Of a stretch of 64,000 bases of DNA, positions 16,579 to 26,846 are shown piece by piece. The notes under the pieces were generated by a model. That model saw nothing but the letters and a program-made list of their open reading frames with translations. It did no database searches and was not told the DNA's origin. The position numbers and the translations under genes are program-made. Position 1 is the first letter of the stretch, and each line of letters starts with the position of its first letter. The stretch is from positions 1 through 64,000 of the IMG/VR virus record IMGVR_UViG_3300029922_000001. One strand, 5' to 3'.

Positions 16579-16608
16579 AACGCAAGAAACTATTATGTTT
16601 CTTGCGTT
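16579..16608 (+). terminator. hairpin downstream of ro60
   Basis: AACGCAAGAAAC-TATTAT-GTTTCTTGCGTT. Confidence 0.6.
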
Positions 16609-16625
16609 AATCTAAAGGTGAAACA

Positions 16626-16811
16626 ATGAAATTATTAGATAAAAAAACCAAAGAATTGTTTAAGGTGGTACACATATCTGATGTAAAACCTTTATGCAAT
16701 AGCATCGTATTGACTTTACAATCTCTTACCAATCCAGATCATATTCGTAAAATTGCAAAACATCGTATTCATGATCATTTTGATGAACATGTTAATGATT
16801 CTGTGGCTTAA
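16626..16811 (+). CDS. hypothetical protein
   Basis: AAGGTG SD; short ORF. Confidence 0.55.
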   Translation: MKLLDKKTKELFKVVHISDVKPLCNSIVLTLQSLTNPDHIRKIAKHRIHDHFDEHVNDSVA

Positions 16812-17028
16812 CAAATTGATGCCACTTTTTACTAAATGTTTTATTCATTACTTTTAGTAAAACCGCTTGATCTGTTTCATTACAGAGATTAACAATGAAT
16901 TGTTGTAGGAGTTGCGGACTAATATGAAAATCCGCAACTCCCTTTTTCCCATCTTTTTCAATCTTAAAAGCCATTCTATAGCGTGAATTGCATTCTTCTT
17001 CGCTAATATCGCATCTAATTTCATCCAT
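16792..17028 (-). CDS. hypothetical protein
   Basis: TATACT-N5-ATG on the minus strand. Confidence 0.55.
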   Translation of the reverse strand: MDEIRCDISEEECNSRYRMAFKIEKDGKKGVADFHISPQLLQQFIVNLCNETDQAVLLKVMNKTFSKKWHQFVKPQNH

Positions 17029-17047
17029 AATATAGTATAATGTGAGT

Positions 17048-17347
17048 GTGTTAACTATTGCTTGCGAATATGCGGTAGAAGAAGAAAAACTAGTTGATCT
17101 TAAAGCTTGTTGTTTCTACCTGGTTGGTAAAAAAGAAAATAATTGGTATGATTTTGTCACCACAATGAAACATAAAGCATTATATGTGTTTATGTCTGAA
17201 GAAAACGCAAAAGACTTTTTGTATCTATCAGGTCTATATAAAGAAGGTTGCGAAGTCTTTCCCGTTAGTTTTGCCTACATTCAACGTTTATTGAGTCGTC
17301 ATAGTATTTCATATGTCATGGTTTCCCCACCATATGTGTTTCTTTGA
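17048..17347 (+). CDS. hypothetical protein
   Basis: Start moved to GTG 17048 (TATAAT-N6-GTG). Confidence 0.55.
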   Translation: MLTIACEYAVEEEKLVDLKACCFYLVGKKENNWYDFVTTMKHKALYVFMSEENAKDFLYLSGLYKEGCEVFPVSFAYIQRLLSRHSISYVMVSPPYVFL

Positions 17348-17384
17348 TGTATCATAAAATATTTCTTTGATGTATCATAAAATA
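17339..17384 (+). repeat. perfect 23-bp tandem duplication
   Basis: TTTCTTTGATGTATCATAAAATA at 17339-17361 and 17362-17384. Confidence 0.9.
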
Positions 17385-18028
17385 TGACCACAGAATTAGA
17401 ACAGGAAATCAACTCTATTACAAGTTGTTATTATGGTGAATTAAATTGGATTGATATTTCAGTTAATAAAAAATTAAGTGAAGATTTTATAAAAGAATTT
17501 AAAAATAAAGTGAAATGGTATTACATTTCACAATATCAAAAACTTAGTGAAAGTTTTATAAGAGAATTTCAAAATGAAGTATCGTGGGAATTAGGGATTT
17601 CACGTTACCAAAATCTTAGCGAAGATTTTATAAGAGAGTTTAAAGATAAAGTTTATTGGTATAATATTTCACGATATCAAAAACTTAGTGAAGATTTTAT
17701 TAGAGAATTTAAAAATAAGGTTGACTGGACATTTATTACGTCTTGTCAAAAACTCAGTGAGGATTTTATTAGAGAATTTCAAGATAGAATTTTTTGGTGT
17801 AATTTATATCAACCTTTAAGCGAAGATTTTATTAGAGAATTTCAAGACAAGGTTGACTGGTGTAAGGTTTCTAAAAATTCTATATTGAGTGAAGATTTTA
17901 TAAAAGAATTTAAAAATAAAGTGAAATGGTTTTACATTATGGAACACCAAAAACTTAGTGCAGAATTTATTGAACAAAATGTAGATAAATATTATTGGTT
18001 GTCATCATCTAAGCATCATGGACTTTAA
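17384..18028 (+). CDS. 22-aa Trp-repeat protein (LSEDFIREFxDKVxW)
   Basis: About eight tandem repeats, with ~66-nt periodicity in the DNA. Confidence 0.8.
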   Translation: MTTELEQEINSITSCYYGELNWIDISVNKKLSEDFIKEFKNKVKWYYISQYQKLSESFIREFQNEVSWELGISRYQNLSEDFIREFKDKVYWYNISRYQKLSEDFIREFKNKVDWTFITSCQKLSEDFIREFQDRIFWCNLYQPLSEDFIREFQDKVDWCKVSKNSILSEDFIKEFKNKVKWFYIMEHQKLSAEFIEQNVDKYYWLSSSKHHGL

Positions 18029-20223
18029 TATATTTCTGCAAGAATACCGTCAATAGCAGAAGCAATTTGTCCATAACCACACAAATCAAAGATGGTGCTT
18101 TTCATTTGTAGTTCTTTAACAGATGCTATAATTTGTCTTCCTAATCTACTAGCAGTTGTAGGTGGTTCTGGTGTTCCAACAGTATCAAACATTTGTCTCT
18201 TGTGGTGTGGTGAAACTGCTCCAGCATTTTGTGCTTGTTGGAATTTAGCTAACATTTTTTGCAATCTGTCTTCAGAGAGATTTTTCTTATGCTTATATCT
18301 ATTGTCAAACATGGTGTAAGGCTTGATTCCAGTGTTCCCACCAGTTTGAGAACGTGATAGATTATGTGCAAAATCATGTGTCCATGTATCAACATTACCA
18401 ACATCTTCAGAGTTGAGTTCAACCATAGTAGGATCGTATTGCCAACCAGATTTAACTTTGTTATTAGGTTTGTATTCAATACCACTCATGGCACCTAAAC
18501 CTCTATGACCGGGTGTAGCATAGAGTTGTTCTTTAAGATATTGTTGTACTTCCTCTGGAGATAAATCACTATAATTAACACCCTTTTCATTCTTTAATTT
18601 TCTTGTTGCAGCCATAGCTGGCGCAAAATAACCAAATGATTTTAAGGTGTCAATATTTGAGCTGGATAATTCATGCGCTTTAGCTGTTAATTGTGATTTT
18701 TCTTCAGGTAAAATGAAATCTGAAGAAGAAATATTAGAGTCTAATTGTGCAATAAAGTTTTGTCTAGCTTTACTTGGGTCTTCAGCAGTGAATTTAGACA
18801 ATGAAGCATCCATAGAAGTTTTAGCTAACATGAGACTCCATTTACCATTTACGCTAACGTTAGCATAATCTTGATTCATAATAGCTTGGTAATCTTCTGG
18901 TGAGATATTTCTTCTAATTTGTTCTGGTAATAATTCTAAATTTTCACCCAATCCAGCTTTTCCGTAACCACCAGCCGCAAACAAATGAGGTAATAATTCA
19001 TTATGTAAATCACTAGATTGTCCTTTAACCGCATGTTTCTCACCGAACTCACCTAATTTTTCTAAATGAGTCACACCTTGAATGAATTGCTGTTCTTTTT
19101 CACCAGGATTGTCAAAATCTAATTGTTGACTTAATGCATATAAATGTGGCATAGCTTCTTTAGCTGCCTTAGTAACTAATAGCATTTTATCAACATCTCT
19201 TGCGCTAACCGCTTTAAATTGTCCAACAACTTGTGTTAATACTTGTGTGAACTTATAAGGATCTGTATATAGTTCATTAATTAAATCAACTTCAGGGAAT
19301 TTAACTGGAGTCATGAAATTGTAATTATTGATTATTGAATTCAATTTTTCAACTGAGTTTAACAATACTTTATTTTGCATAGGGTTTGGTTGTTGTAATT
19401 GTTCTTTAATAACCGCAACGTATTGATCAATACGACTAAGTAAAGTATTTTGATTTTCTTGTGAACTTAATGTATTTTGCTTTCTAGCAATAAATTTAGC
19501 TTGTTGGTCAATAAGGCTATCTAGATAAGAAACATATTGTGTAGGAGCATTGACGATCTGTTGAACATGATCCATACCTTGACTTAAATCTCTTTCGCCA
19601 AAAGTTTCTGAGTTACCTCTTGATGCTTCGCCAGCACCAACTTGCATGTTCGTATAGTCTTCAAATTTATTAGAAACTGGCATTTGATCATCTAATGATA
19701 AATTACCTAAAGAATCTCTATTTTTTTGTTGTTGTAAAGCTGGTCCTAGAAATCCTTGAATTGAACCTTTAGGACCTTTATACTTCATAGTTAAAAAGCC
19801 TGTTAAACTACCTCTACCATCAAATTCCTGTAAATAATCAGGGATTTTAGATACTGTCTGCATTGTGGCTTTTGAAGCCGCTTCTTCTGCATTATAGTGA
19901 CTTGTGTTTTTATATGCTTCATCAGAACCAATTAAGTCTTTATTACCTGTGTCTAAAGCGACATTTAAGCCTGGATTATACATGAATAATTTCATTGCTA
20001 AATGAAAGAAATAAGGTGCAATAAGTTCTTGAATTTGTTGAGCAATTTCTGGTTTAAGTTCATCAGGTGCTTCTAACCATCTTGGGTATAAAAGGACATC
20101 AATCTTTTGTTTTAATGCTACTTGTTCTTCCTCTGAAAACTTAGTTTTAGGAACATTGACATCATTTGTAAGATCAATTGCTTTTTTTAATAATGCGGCT
20201 ATTTTGACTAAACCCATACCCAT
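18025..20223 (-). CDS. large Gln-rich helical hypothetical protein (possible virion protein)
   Basis: 732-aa ORF; weak sigma-region-2-like segment near the N terminus. Confidence 0.7.
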   Translation of the reverse strand: MGMGLVKIAALLKKAIDLTNDVNVPKTKFSEEEQVALKQKIDVLLYPRWLEAPDELKPEIAQQIQELIAPYFFHLAMKLFMYNPGLNVALDTGNKDLIGSDEAYKNTSHYNAEEAASKATMQTVSKIPDYLQEFDGRGSLTGFLTMKYKGPKGSIQGFLGPALQQQKNRDSLGNLSLDDQMPVSNKFEDYTNMQVGAGEASRGNSETFGERDLSQGMDHVQQIVNAPTQYVSYLDSLIDQQAKFIARKQNTLSSQENQNTLLSRIDQYVAVIKEQLQQPNPMQNKVLLNSVEKLNSIINNYNFMTPVKFPEVDLINELYTDPYKFTQVLTQVVGQFKAVSARDVDKMLLVTKAAKEAMPHLYALSQQLDFDNPGEKEQQFIQGVTHLEKLGEFGEKHAVKGQSSDLHNELLPHLFAAGGYGKAGLGENLELLPEQIRRNISPEDYQAIMNQDYANVSVNGKWSLMLAKTSMDASLSKFTAEDPSKARQNFIAQLDSNISSSDFILPEEKSQLTAKAHELSSSNIDTLKSFGYFAPAMAATRKLKNEKGVNYSDLSPEEVQQYLKEQLYATPGHRGLGAMSGIEYKPNNKVKSGWQYDPTMVELNSEDVGNVDTWTHDFAHNLSRSQTGGNTGIKPYTMFDNRYKHKKNLSEDRLQKMLAKFQQAQNAGAVSPHHKRQMFDTVGTPEPPTTASRLGRQIIASVKELQMKSTIFDLCGYGQIASAIDGILAEIY

Positions 20224-20277
20224 ATCTTTTGATTCTCAACTCAACTAATCCTTTCCTTCTTTGTGTATAATTTAAGC

Positions 20278-20856
20278 ATGGAAGAAACAAATTATGTTTA
20301 CAATGTTGATGCGCCAACTCTTAGTGAATTAAAAGAAAATCAATTTCATATTGGTGATATCATTACAGTTATTACAAATGTACTTTTGAGTCCGTATAAA
20401 GATAAAGCAGATGGTATTATTCGTTTATTATCTTATATGGTGGATGAAAACGTGTATGAATTTCAACTAATGAGAGTTGTTGAAGAGTGTCGTCCAGAAT
20501 TACTTAAACAATTCCCTGAATTTGCAGGTTTAGCTGAGATTTTTGGTGATAAGGTTAATTCTGATAATTGGTTTTTGGTTTTAAATGAATTAGTAGACGA
20601 ATTTGGTGGTTGGAGATTTGTAGAAAAGCTTGACCCTTCATTACACGTTAAACTTGATGCTACTGAGGAAGCTTGGCAAATTGCTAGAGAACAAGGTTTT
20701 GCAGGTGAAATTGAACCATTTATTGAGGAACAAAAAGCACTAATGTTGCTTAAAGAAGAAGAAAATCAAGAAGATGAAGATAATGATGATTATCCTGTAG
20801 AGGTTTATGATTCTTCGTGGTATGATAGATATAAGGCAAACAACTTTAAAGGATAA
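20278..20856 (+). CDS. hypothetical protein
   Basis: Start moved to ATG 20278 (TATAAT-N6-ATG). Confidence 0.7.
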   Translation: MEETNYVYNVDAPTLSELKENQFHIGDIITVITNVLLSPYKDKADGIIRLLSYMVDENVYEFQLMRVVEECRPELLKQFPEFAGLAEIFGDKVNSDNWFLVLNELVDEFGGWRFVEKLDPSLHVKLDATEEAWQIAREQGFAGEIEPFIEEQKALMLLKEEENQEDEDNDDYPVEVYDSSWYDRYKANNFKG

Positions 20857-20858
20857 CC

Positions 20859-21221
20859 ATGAATAAACCAAACGATCAAGAAACAGTAAAAATTAAAAAA
20901 AGTAAAATAACAAAAAAGAAAAAAGAAGTGGTTCCAGAAATGACTTCTTTTGATGTACCGGTGGAATATGAATATATTACTAGGCGTCCAATTACAGACT
21001 TACGAAAAGTAGTTCTTAAAATTATCAATGTGTGGATTCATCGTTATATTACTAAAGAGGTTTTGGTTTTTGAAGATCCATTGTCTAAAGAATTTGTTTT
21101 TTACACTAAGAGTCTCTTATTTTTAATTCGTATCGAACAGATGTTAGATCAAATCGCATTAAAAGGTTATGTTTCTAGATTTGATTGGATTTCACCTGAA
21201 GAATACTTCAGATTGATGTAG
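20859..21221 (+). CDS. hypothetical protein
   Basis: AGGA SD; ORF. Confidence 0.6.
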   Translation: MNKPNDQETVKIKKSKITKKKKEVVPEMTSFDVPVEYEYITRRPITDLRKVVLKIINVWIHRYITKEVLVFEDPLSKEFVFYTKSLLFLIRIEQMLDQIALKGYVSRFDWISPEEYFRLM

Positions 21222-22173
21222 TCTGAAATTTATAAAACATTGAAGGCAATTCCCATGCAGAAACATGTTCATCATTTTCTGATTCAATATTGCCTTCAAT
21301 TAATATGTTATTACCTTGTTTTGGATTCCTTGCTGCTACCTCGTGGCATATATTAATAAAGTCTTGTTGAGATAAATCCCATTTCATAGTATTGACTATT
21401 TTATGTACCCATTGAACATTGCCTTCTTCATAAATGCCCATAGAATCAATTCTGTCAATAGAAGCAGTCATTTCAGCTATATTTTGATTAGCTTCGCACA
21501 TGTTCAATCTAGCCCCTGTTAAAGCACAACGTCGATTTTGCTTTTCATATAAAGCTTCAAGGTATTCCACGGTTACAAGAAACTTAATACCTCTTAACAA
21601 CGCTGCGTGTTTTAAACTATTAATGTATGTAGACGGAATACTAGAAGCTGATAATGAACTTATTTCACAAAAACTACATTGGGTAGAAGCGCCAGATATT
21701 AATGTACTAGGTGTTAATCTCTTTGTTCTGCCACATACACATTTACATAAATAAGCTGTAATTGCACCGTTTTGTTTTTTAATATCTTTTTGATATAATA
21801 CTTTCCATTTACCAAAAGTATTACCAGTAAGGTTTTTATGATCAACTACATTAGGTGTTCTAATAGATAAACCAGATTCTTTTAATGCTTTATTGACTGC
21901 GTTATATGAACAACCAAGTTGAATGGCTATATCTAATGCTGTTTTTTTATTGTTGATATATTCAATCTGTAGAAACTCTTTAGTTAATTTTTCTTTGTGA
22001 CGTTTCATACTTTCTTTAGTTCGAATTTCAATATTGAAAGCCGAAAGCATTTTAATTACAGTTTTAGTGTCACACCCTAAATCATAACCAATTTCTTCTA
22101 AAGAACGCTGTTCTGTTACATAAGCACGAATTAAGTCGTCTCGTGTTGCTCCAATCCCGACATTATTATTCAT
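21208..22173 (-). CDS. free-standing HNH-type putative homing endonuclease with N-terminal HTH repeats
   Basis: Two IAxxLGC-type HTH repeats; CxCxCG; CALTG...SIDRIDS...YEEGNVQWVHKIVN.MK. Confidence 0.75.
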   Translation of the reverse strand: MNNNVGIGATRDDLIRAYVTEQRSLEEIGYDLGCDTKTVIKMLSAFNIEIRTKESMKRHKEKLTKEFLQIEYINNKKTALDIAIQLGCSYNAVNKALKESGLSIRTPNVVDHKNLTGNTFGKWKVLYQKDIKKQNGAITAYLCKCVCGRTKRLTPSTLISGASTQCSFCEISSLSASSIPSTYINSLKHAALLRGIKFLVTVEYLEALYEKQNRRCALTGARLNMCEANQNIAEMTASIDRIDSMGIYEEGNVQWVHKIVNTMKWDLSQQDFINICHEVAARNPKQGNNILIEGNIESENDEHVSAWELPSMFYKFQTTSI

Positions 22174-22323
22174 ATTTTATTATAAGAGAATGTGACATTA
22201 AATTAAAAACTGCTTATAATATTTAGGAGAGATTTCGAAATTTACAAAAGTTGAATAAAAAAAACAAGTTGGTACTTCGAAATGTTATTTAAAATGTATA
22301 ATAAAAACAGAGGCATTTAAAAC

Positions 22324-22680
22324 ATGAAACAAACAGATATCGAAAAAGACGGCGTAATTGACACTTCTGCGAAACTCGCACCTGAATACACAGATTCAAT
22401 CTCGGAAGAAGAATTTCGTGAATTAGCAACCTTGAGAACGCAACAACTCAACTTGAAAGATAAGGGTTACAACCTTTATGAATATTTAGAATCAATTAAG
22501 GCACAAACCACAGAAGCCGAACGACAACTTAAAGAAGTTCAAGATAACTTAGTGGAAGTTACAAACAGATTGAACACACGATTCAATGAAGTTCTAGAGC
22601 CTCTAGGTCTATCTGGTAATGTCACAATTGATGACAAGCCTGACGAAAATGGTCGTTATAAAGTAACTGTTGTTGCCTAA
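22324..22680 (+). CDS. coiled-coil hypothetical protein
   Basis: ORF with GAGG SD and upstream TATAAT. Confidence 0.65.
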   Translation: MKQTDIEKDGVIDTSAKLAPEYTDSISEEEFRELATLRTQQLNLKDKGYNLYEYLESIKAQTTEAERQLKEVQDNLVEVTNRLNTRFNEVLEPLGLSGNVTIDDKPDENGRYKVTVVA

Positions 22681-22710
22681 TGACTATACAACATTATGTT
22701 GTATACGAGA

Positions 22711-23358
22711 TTATTCCATCCACTCCAAATTAGTAAAAACATCTTCTGGATCGTTTTTAGGAGTGACCTTTCTTGGCTTTTTAGGTTTAGCTTCCTTTTC
22801 AGCTTTCTTAGCTTCTCTTTCGGCTTGTTTTTCGGCTAATTTAGTTTGCTTAGCTTCTTGACTTTCTAATCTCTTTTTCTTCTTTTCTGCAATTTCTTGC
22901 TCAAGTTTTTCTTGTGCTTCTGCGTGTTCTTCACATGGATGACGATAACGATACAATTTAATTTCCATTCTAGGATTGTCTTTGTCAATATTTATCATAT
23001 GAGTATCATCTGATAACCAATGTAAATACTTATCGTTAGCTATAATATCATAATGTTCAATGATATCAAATAATGCTTGTGCATAGCCCACTTCATCACC
23101 AATAACAAAACTATCTAAATAAACTTTAATATTGATTCCAACACCGAAATTCATAGGCTCAAATCCTTTGTTTTTCCAAGCATCTAAACATGGTGTTTTA
23201 CAATTTTTTTCGTATTTAAGATACAATGGAGAAGGTAATAATATATTTCTACCATATTTTGTGCGGATCATTTGTTGAGATGTTTTTTTAGTAGCTGGGC
23301 GTCCTGGTATAATAAACTCAAGAATTAATGTATTATCTGGTAAATCTTTTAAGCTCAT
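22711..23358 (-). CDS. RusA-like Holliday junction resolvase
   Basis: IPGRPATKK.SQ, D...ALFD.I...IIANDK and DKDNPRMEI; start moved to 23358. Confidence 0.65.
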   Translation of the reverse strand: MSLKDLPDNTLILEFIIPGRPATKKTSQQMIRTKYGRNILLPSPLYLKYEKNCKTPCLDAWKNKGFEPMNFGVGINIKVYLDSFVIGDEVGYAQALFDIIEHYDIIANDKYLHWLSDDTHMINIDKDNPRMEIKLYRYRHPCEEHAEAQEKLEQEIAEKKKKRLESQEAKQTKLAEKQAEREAKKAEKEAKPKKPRKVTPKNDPEDVFTNLEWME

Positions 23359-23375
23359 ATTGTATTTATACAATA

Positions 23376-24386
23376 TTAATTTATACCATTAGGTCTAGCA
23401 AAACAACTGAATTCAATAGTTACTTTACCAACGTCTCCACCATTTAATTGTTTAGTAATCTTAGTGGAAGCACTTTGAGAAGCTAAAATCAAGTTTCTAG
23501 AAGAATAAGTTCCAGTATTAACATCTGTCATAGTGTTATAGCTAACAACAATTGGAACATTATCTGCATAAAAAGTACCAGCAACTTGATTGAGAATTGT
23601 AGGATCAAAACCAGCATTAGGATTAGTACCAATAATATAATTCAGTTGTGTTGCATCTAGCAAAGCGGTGAGTTTTCCAGTAATATGATACCCTTTAACT
23701 GCAAAGAATGGAGTGGTTGACATTACTCCTGGGAACATAAACCAATGATCATCTATTACTAATTGGAAATTAGCAGTCATATCTATAATGCCTGGTACTG
23801 TAAAAGAACCAAGTTGAATGGTGACATCCCAAGGTTTCGCGGTTCTACCAATAAAGTCATCTGGAGCAATCAATGGATATCCCAACACTGGAGAAAATGG
23901 TCCTTTTCTATCGGATCTAAATTCCATTGACATTGTAGATCCCTGTTCATTTAATACTAGATTAGCATTCTGAATAACATACAGATTTAAGAAATCAGTA
24001 TTTAAATTATTGTAAAGCAAACTACCATCAGTAAATGACTGCCAATAATCTACAAATAAATCTAAAATTCCATATGGCGCGGCGGTATTACCGTCATAAA
24101 TACCAGGACTATCATCTTTAAAACCATAAGAAGGAGGTTGATAAGTGAAGTCTCCATTATTTGATGAAAAGTTTTCGAAAACAATAATCGGTGTATTAAT
24201 TGTCTGTGACCAAACGCTACCGCCAATGTTTTTAACGTGGGGTCCAATAGAACCTTGCATTAGCTCTAAATCTTGAGCGGGTTGATCTTGTGTTTCTGAC
24301 CACTCCTTCAAAATGAATTTACGTCCAGTGGTAAATTCCTCTAGATGAAACCAGTTTGAAACGTATTTATAAGATAAAGCAGGCAT
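23376..24386 (-). CDS. hypothetical protein, possibly tail-tube-like structural
   Basis: Beta-rich composition; function inferred only. Confidence 0.55.
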   Translation of the reverse strand: MPALSYKYVSNWFHLEEFTTGRKFILKEWSETQDQPAQDLELMQGSIGPHVKNIGGSVWSQTINTPIIVFENFSSNNGDFTYQPPSYGFKDDSPGIYDGNTAAPYGILDLFVDYWQSFTDGSLLYNNLNTDFLNLYVIQNANLVLNEQGSTMSMEFRSDRKGPFSPVLGYPLIAPDDFIGRTAKPWDVTIQLGSFTVPGIIDMTANFQLVIDDHWFMFPGVMSTTPFFAVKGYHITGKLTALLDATQLNYIIGTNPNAGFDPTILNQVAGTFYADNVPIVVSYNTMTDVNTGTYSSRNLILASQSASTKITKQLNGGDVGKVTIEFSCFARPNGIN

Positions 24387-24429
24387 AATTATTTTATACA
24401 TTATAAATACGTCAACAAAACCCTTTATA

Positions 24430-24514
24430 ATGAATTACTCTCACGAGTTTCTTGTTTCAATGACGCAACTATTGTTACAGTCTCCGCAAGCGTTTATTCG
24501 GATTATTCCAATCC
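24430..24514 (-). ncRNA. omegaRNA / right end of the TnpB element
   Basis: Minus strand reads GGATT-GGAAT-AATCC...AACGCTTGCGGAG...TGAAACAAGAA...GTAATTCAT, a typical IS200/IS605 3' end. Confidence 0.65.
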
Positions 24515-25627
24515 TATACATCTTATTAAATTTTGATATTGAAATGCCATCTTTTTAATATTAATTGATGCATTGATATCTCTATCGTGTTTAATCCCGC
24601 AAGGACAATTCCATTCACGATCTGATAATTTAAGTTCTTTATTGATCGTTCCACATGAATTACACATTTTAGAACTTGGTTCAAATCTTCCAATATCAAG
24701 CAGATTTTTACCATTCCAATCGCATTTGTATTTAAGAAAATCAAAAAACATTCCCCAAGATACGTCCGAGATTGATTTAGCTAAGCAATGATTTTTTAAC
24801 ATGTTTTTAATTGAAAGGTCTTCAATACAAAAAGTAGTAGCTTGACTCTCACTTACTAATTTTGTTGTAACCTTATGTAAAAAATCACGTCTTTGATTCG
24901 ATATATGCTCATGAATATGAGCAATTCTTTTCTTTTGTTTAGATCCGTTAGATCCTTTTTTCATTTTACTAAACTTATACTGTTCATAAGCTAATTTTTT
25001 TTGAGATTTCTTAAAAAATCTAGGATTATCTATAACCATTCCATCAGAAGTTGTTAAAAATCGAGATAATCCAACATCAATTCCAATTGCATTTTCTATT
25101 TTAAGTTCAGCTTTATTTGGAATGTCAATATTATTTTCAACAAGAACAGAAGCATAATAATGACCAATAGCATTTTTGCTAATAGTTATGGATTTAATGA
25201 TTCCTTCGAATTTTCTATCTATTTTTATTTTAATATGTTTAATTTTAGGTAAAAACAATGTTCGTGTATTCCAATTAATAGAACAAGACTGAGGACATTG
25301 AAATGATTGTTTAGAATTGTGTTTTGATTTAAATTTAGGAAAACCTTTCTTTTCTCTAAAAAATCTAGTATATGCATTATCTAAATTTCTTAATGAAGCT
25401 TGTAGTGATTGTGCATTAACTTCCTTTAACCAAACATTATCTTCCTTTAATTGCTTTAAATTATTTATTAAATCAAAACAAGATAGTGTTTTACTTTCTT
25501 GTTGATATGCTTTAATTTTATTTTCTAATCCCCAGTTGTAAATAAATCTACAAGCCCCAAAATGTTTATTAAACATTTCTTCTTGTTCTTTGTTTGGATA
25601 TATTCTATATTTAAAACCTTTTAACAC
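24503..25627 (-). mobile_element. tnpB: IS200/IS605-family TnpB RNA-guided nuclease (solo, no TnpA)
   Basis: KYRIYPNKEQ HTH; RuvC motifs GIDVG, IEDL and DRDINA intact; Cys-rich Zn finger. Confidence 0.93.
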
Positions 25628-25708
25628 ATAAATTATGTTATGATATTTTCTAAAGACTCCTTCTTTTTCTTTAGAAAATAATTAACAAATAATATGTATA
25701 ATAGAATT

Positions 25709-26572
25709 ATGAGTATAGACAATGTAGAAGAAAAACTACCTTATAATCAAGATAAGGGATTAAAGAATTTTTCTGGAGTTCTCAAACCAGCATTAGAAGA
25801 ATTTTCCAAAGAAGCCCCATTACGTTTTGCCCTGCTTGCTGCTTTTCAAGAAGCATTTAAACTTAAAGTGGGTGTTATGCCTGAATTCGAAACCACAGAT
25901 GCAGTGCTAGATGTTGAAGGTAATGAAGTATCACCAGAAATTGTAACTGAAGTTATTTTTGCTGGTAAGCGATTAGGTGAAGCTGCCTTAAAAACTGTTA
26001 CAGAAATTAATGATTTAAACATTGAATTTACTGCTTTTACAGATTTGGTTATGGCAAATTATCATTCACTTAAAAAATCCCCTGTTATTAATAGAACAGT
26101 AACACCTGAATATCAAGCGATGCAAGATAAACTATATCAAGAAATTCACAGTAATAGTGCTGAAGTTATTGTTGGTGGAGACGATACTGTTTTTGAAATG
26201 GTAGACTTGTTAGGCGAAGCACCACCTGAAGAACTTAATACTGAAGGTTTACGCTCACTTGGTTATATCCCTAGAGATTTTAATACCCTTATTGATAATG
26301 CTAGTAAGTTCTTAGGAGATAATCCTGATTATGGTATGGTAGATAAGTCTAAACCAGAAGGTATTATTAAGCATGAAAATAATACAGAAGAGTGGCAAAT
26401 TCTATGTCCAAAGTGTTTCTCCAAAATTCATGTTACAACTTCCTTTAATGAATTTATGTGTCTAGATTGTGATACAGAATTCACCTGTAAGTTAGGTCTT
26501 GGTGATTTGTATAGTACAGAAGAAGATGCCGAAGGCATGTTAAATAAATTCTTTAGTGAAACGGAAGGTTGA
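25709..26572 (+). CDS. hypothetical protein with C-terminal Zn ribbon
   Basis: CPKC...CLDC; start moved to 25709 (TATAAT-N6-ATG). Confidence 0.7.
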   Translation: MSIDNVEEKLPYNQDKGLKNFSGVLKPALEEFSKEAPLRFALLAAFQEAFKLKVGVMPEFETTDAVLDVEGNEVSPEIVTEVIFAGKRLGEAALKTVTEINDLNIEFTAFTDLVMANYHSLKKSPVINRTVTPEYQAMQDKLYQEIHSNSAEVIVGGDDTVFEMVDLLGEAPPEELNTEGLRSLGYIPRDFNTLIDNASKFLGDNPDYGMVDKSKPEGIIKHENNTEEWQILCPKCFSKIHVTTSFNEFMCLDCDTEFTCKLGLGDLYSTEEDAEGMLNKFFSETEG

Positions 26573-26573
26573 T

Positions 26574-26846
26574 ATGAGCGAACTTGAAAAACAAATAAAA
26601 AAACAAATCATAGAAGACGCTAATATAGATCAATACAAAATAATTGGAGACGATCTTTTACAAAAGGATGCTCATGAATTATTGAATGTAGTTTGTCATT
26701 TTACTCCAGATGCCGAATATTTAGAATATTACACTGCAAAACGTATGTGTGATGATTTGGATAAAGCAGTTGAATACGTTCATCAGCAATTACAAATACT
26801 AGCAGGTAAAGCTAAAGACCATTTATTAGCTTTACCTACTAATTAA
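26574..26846 (+). CDS. hypothetical protein
   Basis: ATG 26574 after GGAAGG. Confidence 0.6.
   Translation: MSELEKQIKKQIIEDANIDQYKIIGDDLLQKDAHELLNVVCHFTPDAEYLEYYTAKRMCDDLDKAVEYVHQQLQILAGKAKDHLLALPTN

Noticed and set aside
17384-18028. Diversity-generating retroelement TR/VR pair among the Trp-repeat genes
   Set aside because: No reverse transcriptase in the window, and repeat differences are not adenine-specific by eye.
24430-25690. Autonomous IS605 element or Cas12
   Set aside because: No tnpA, no clear left-end hairpin and no CRISPR array; 374 aa fits a solo TnpB.
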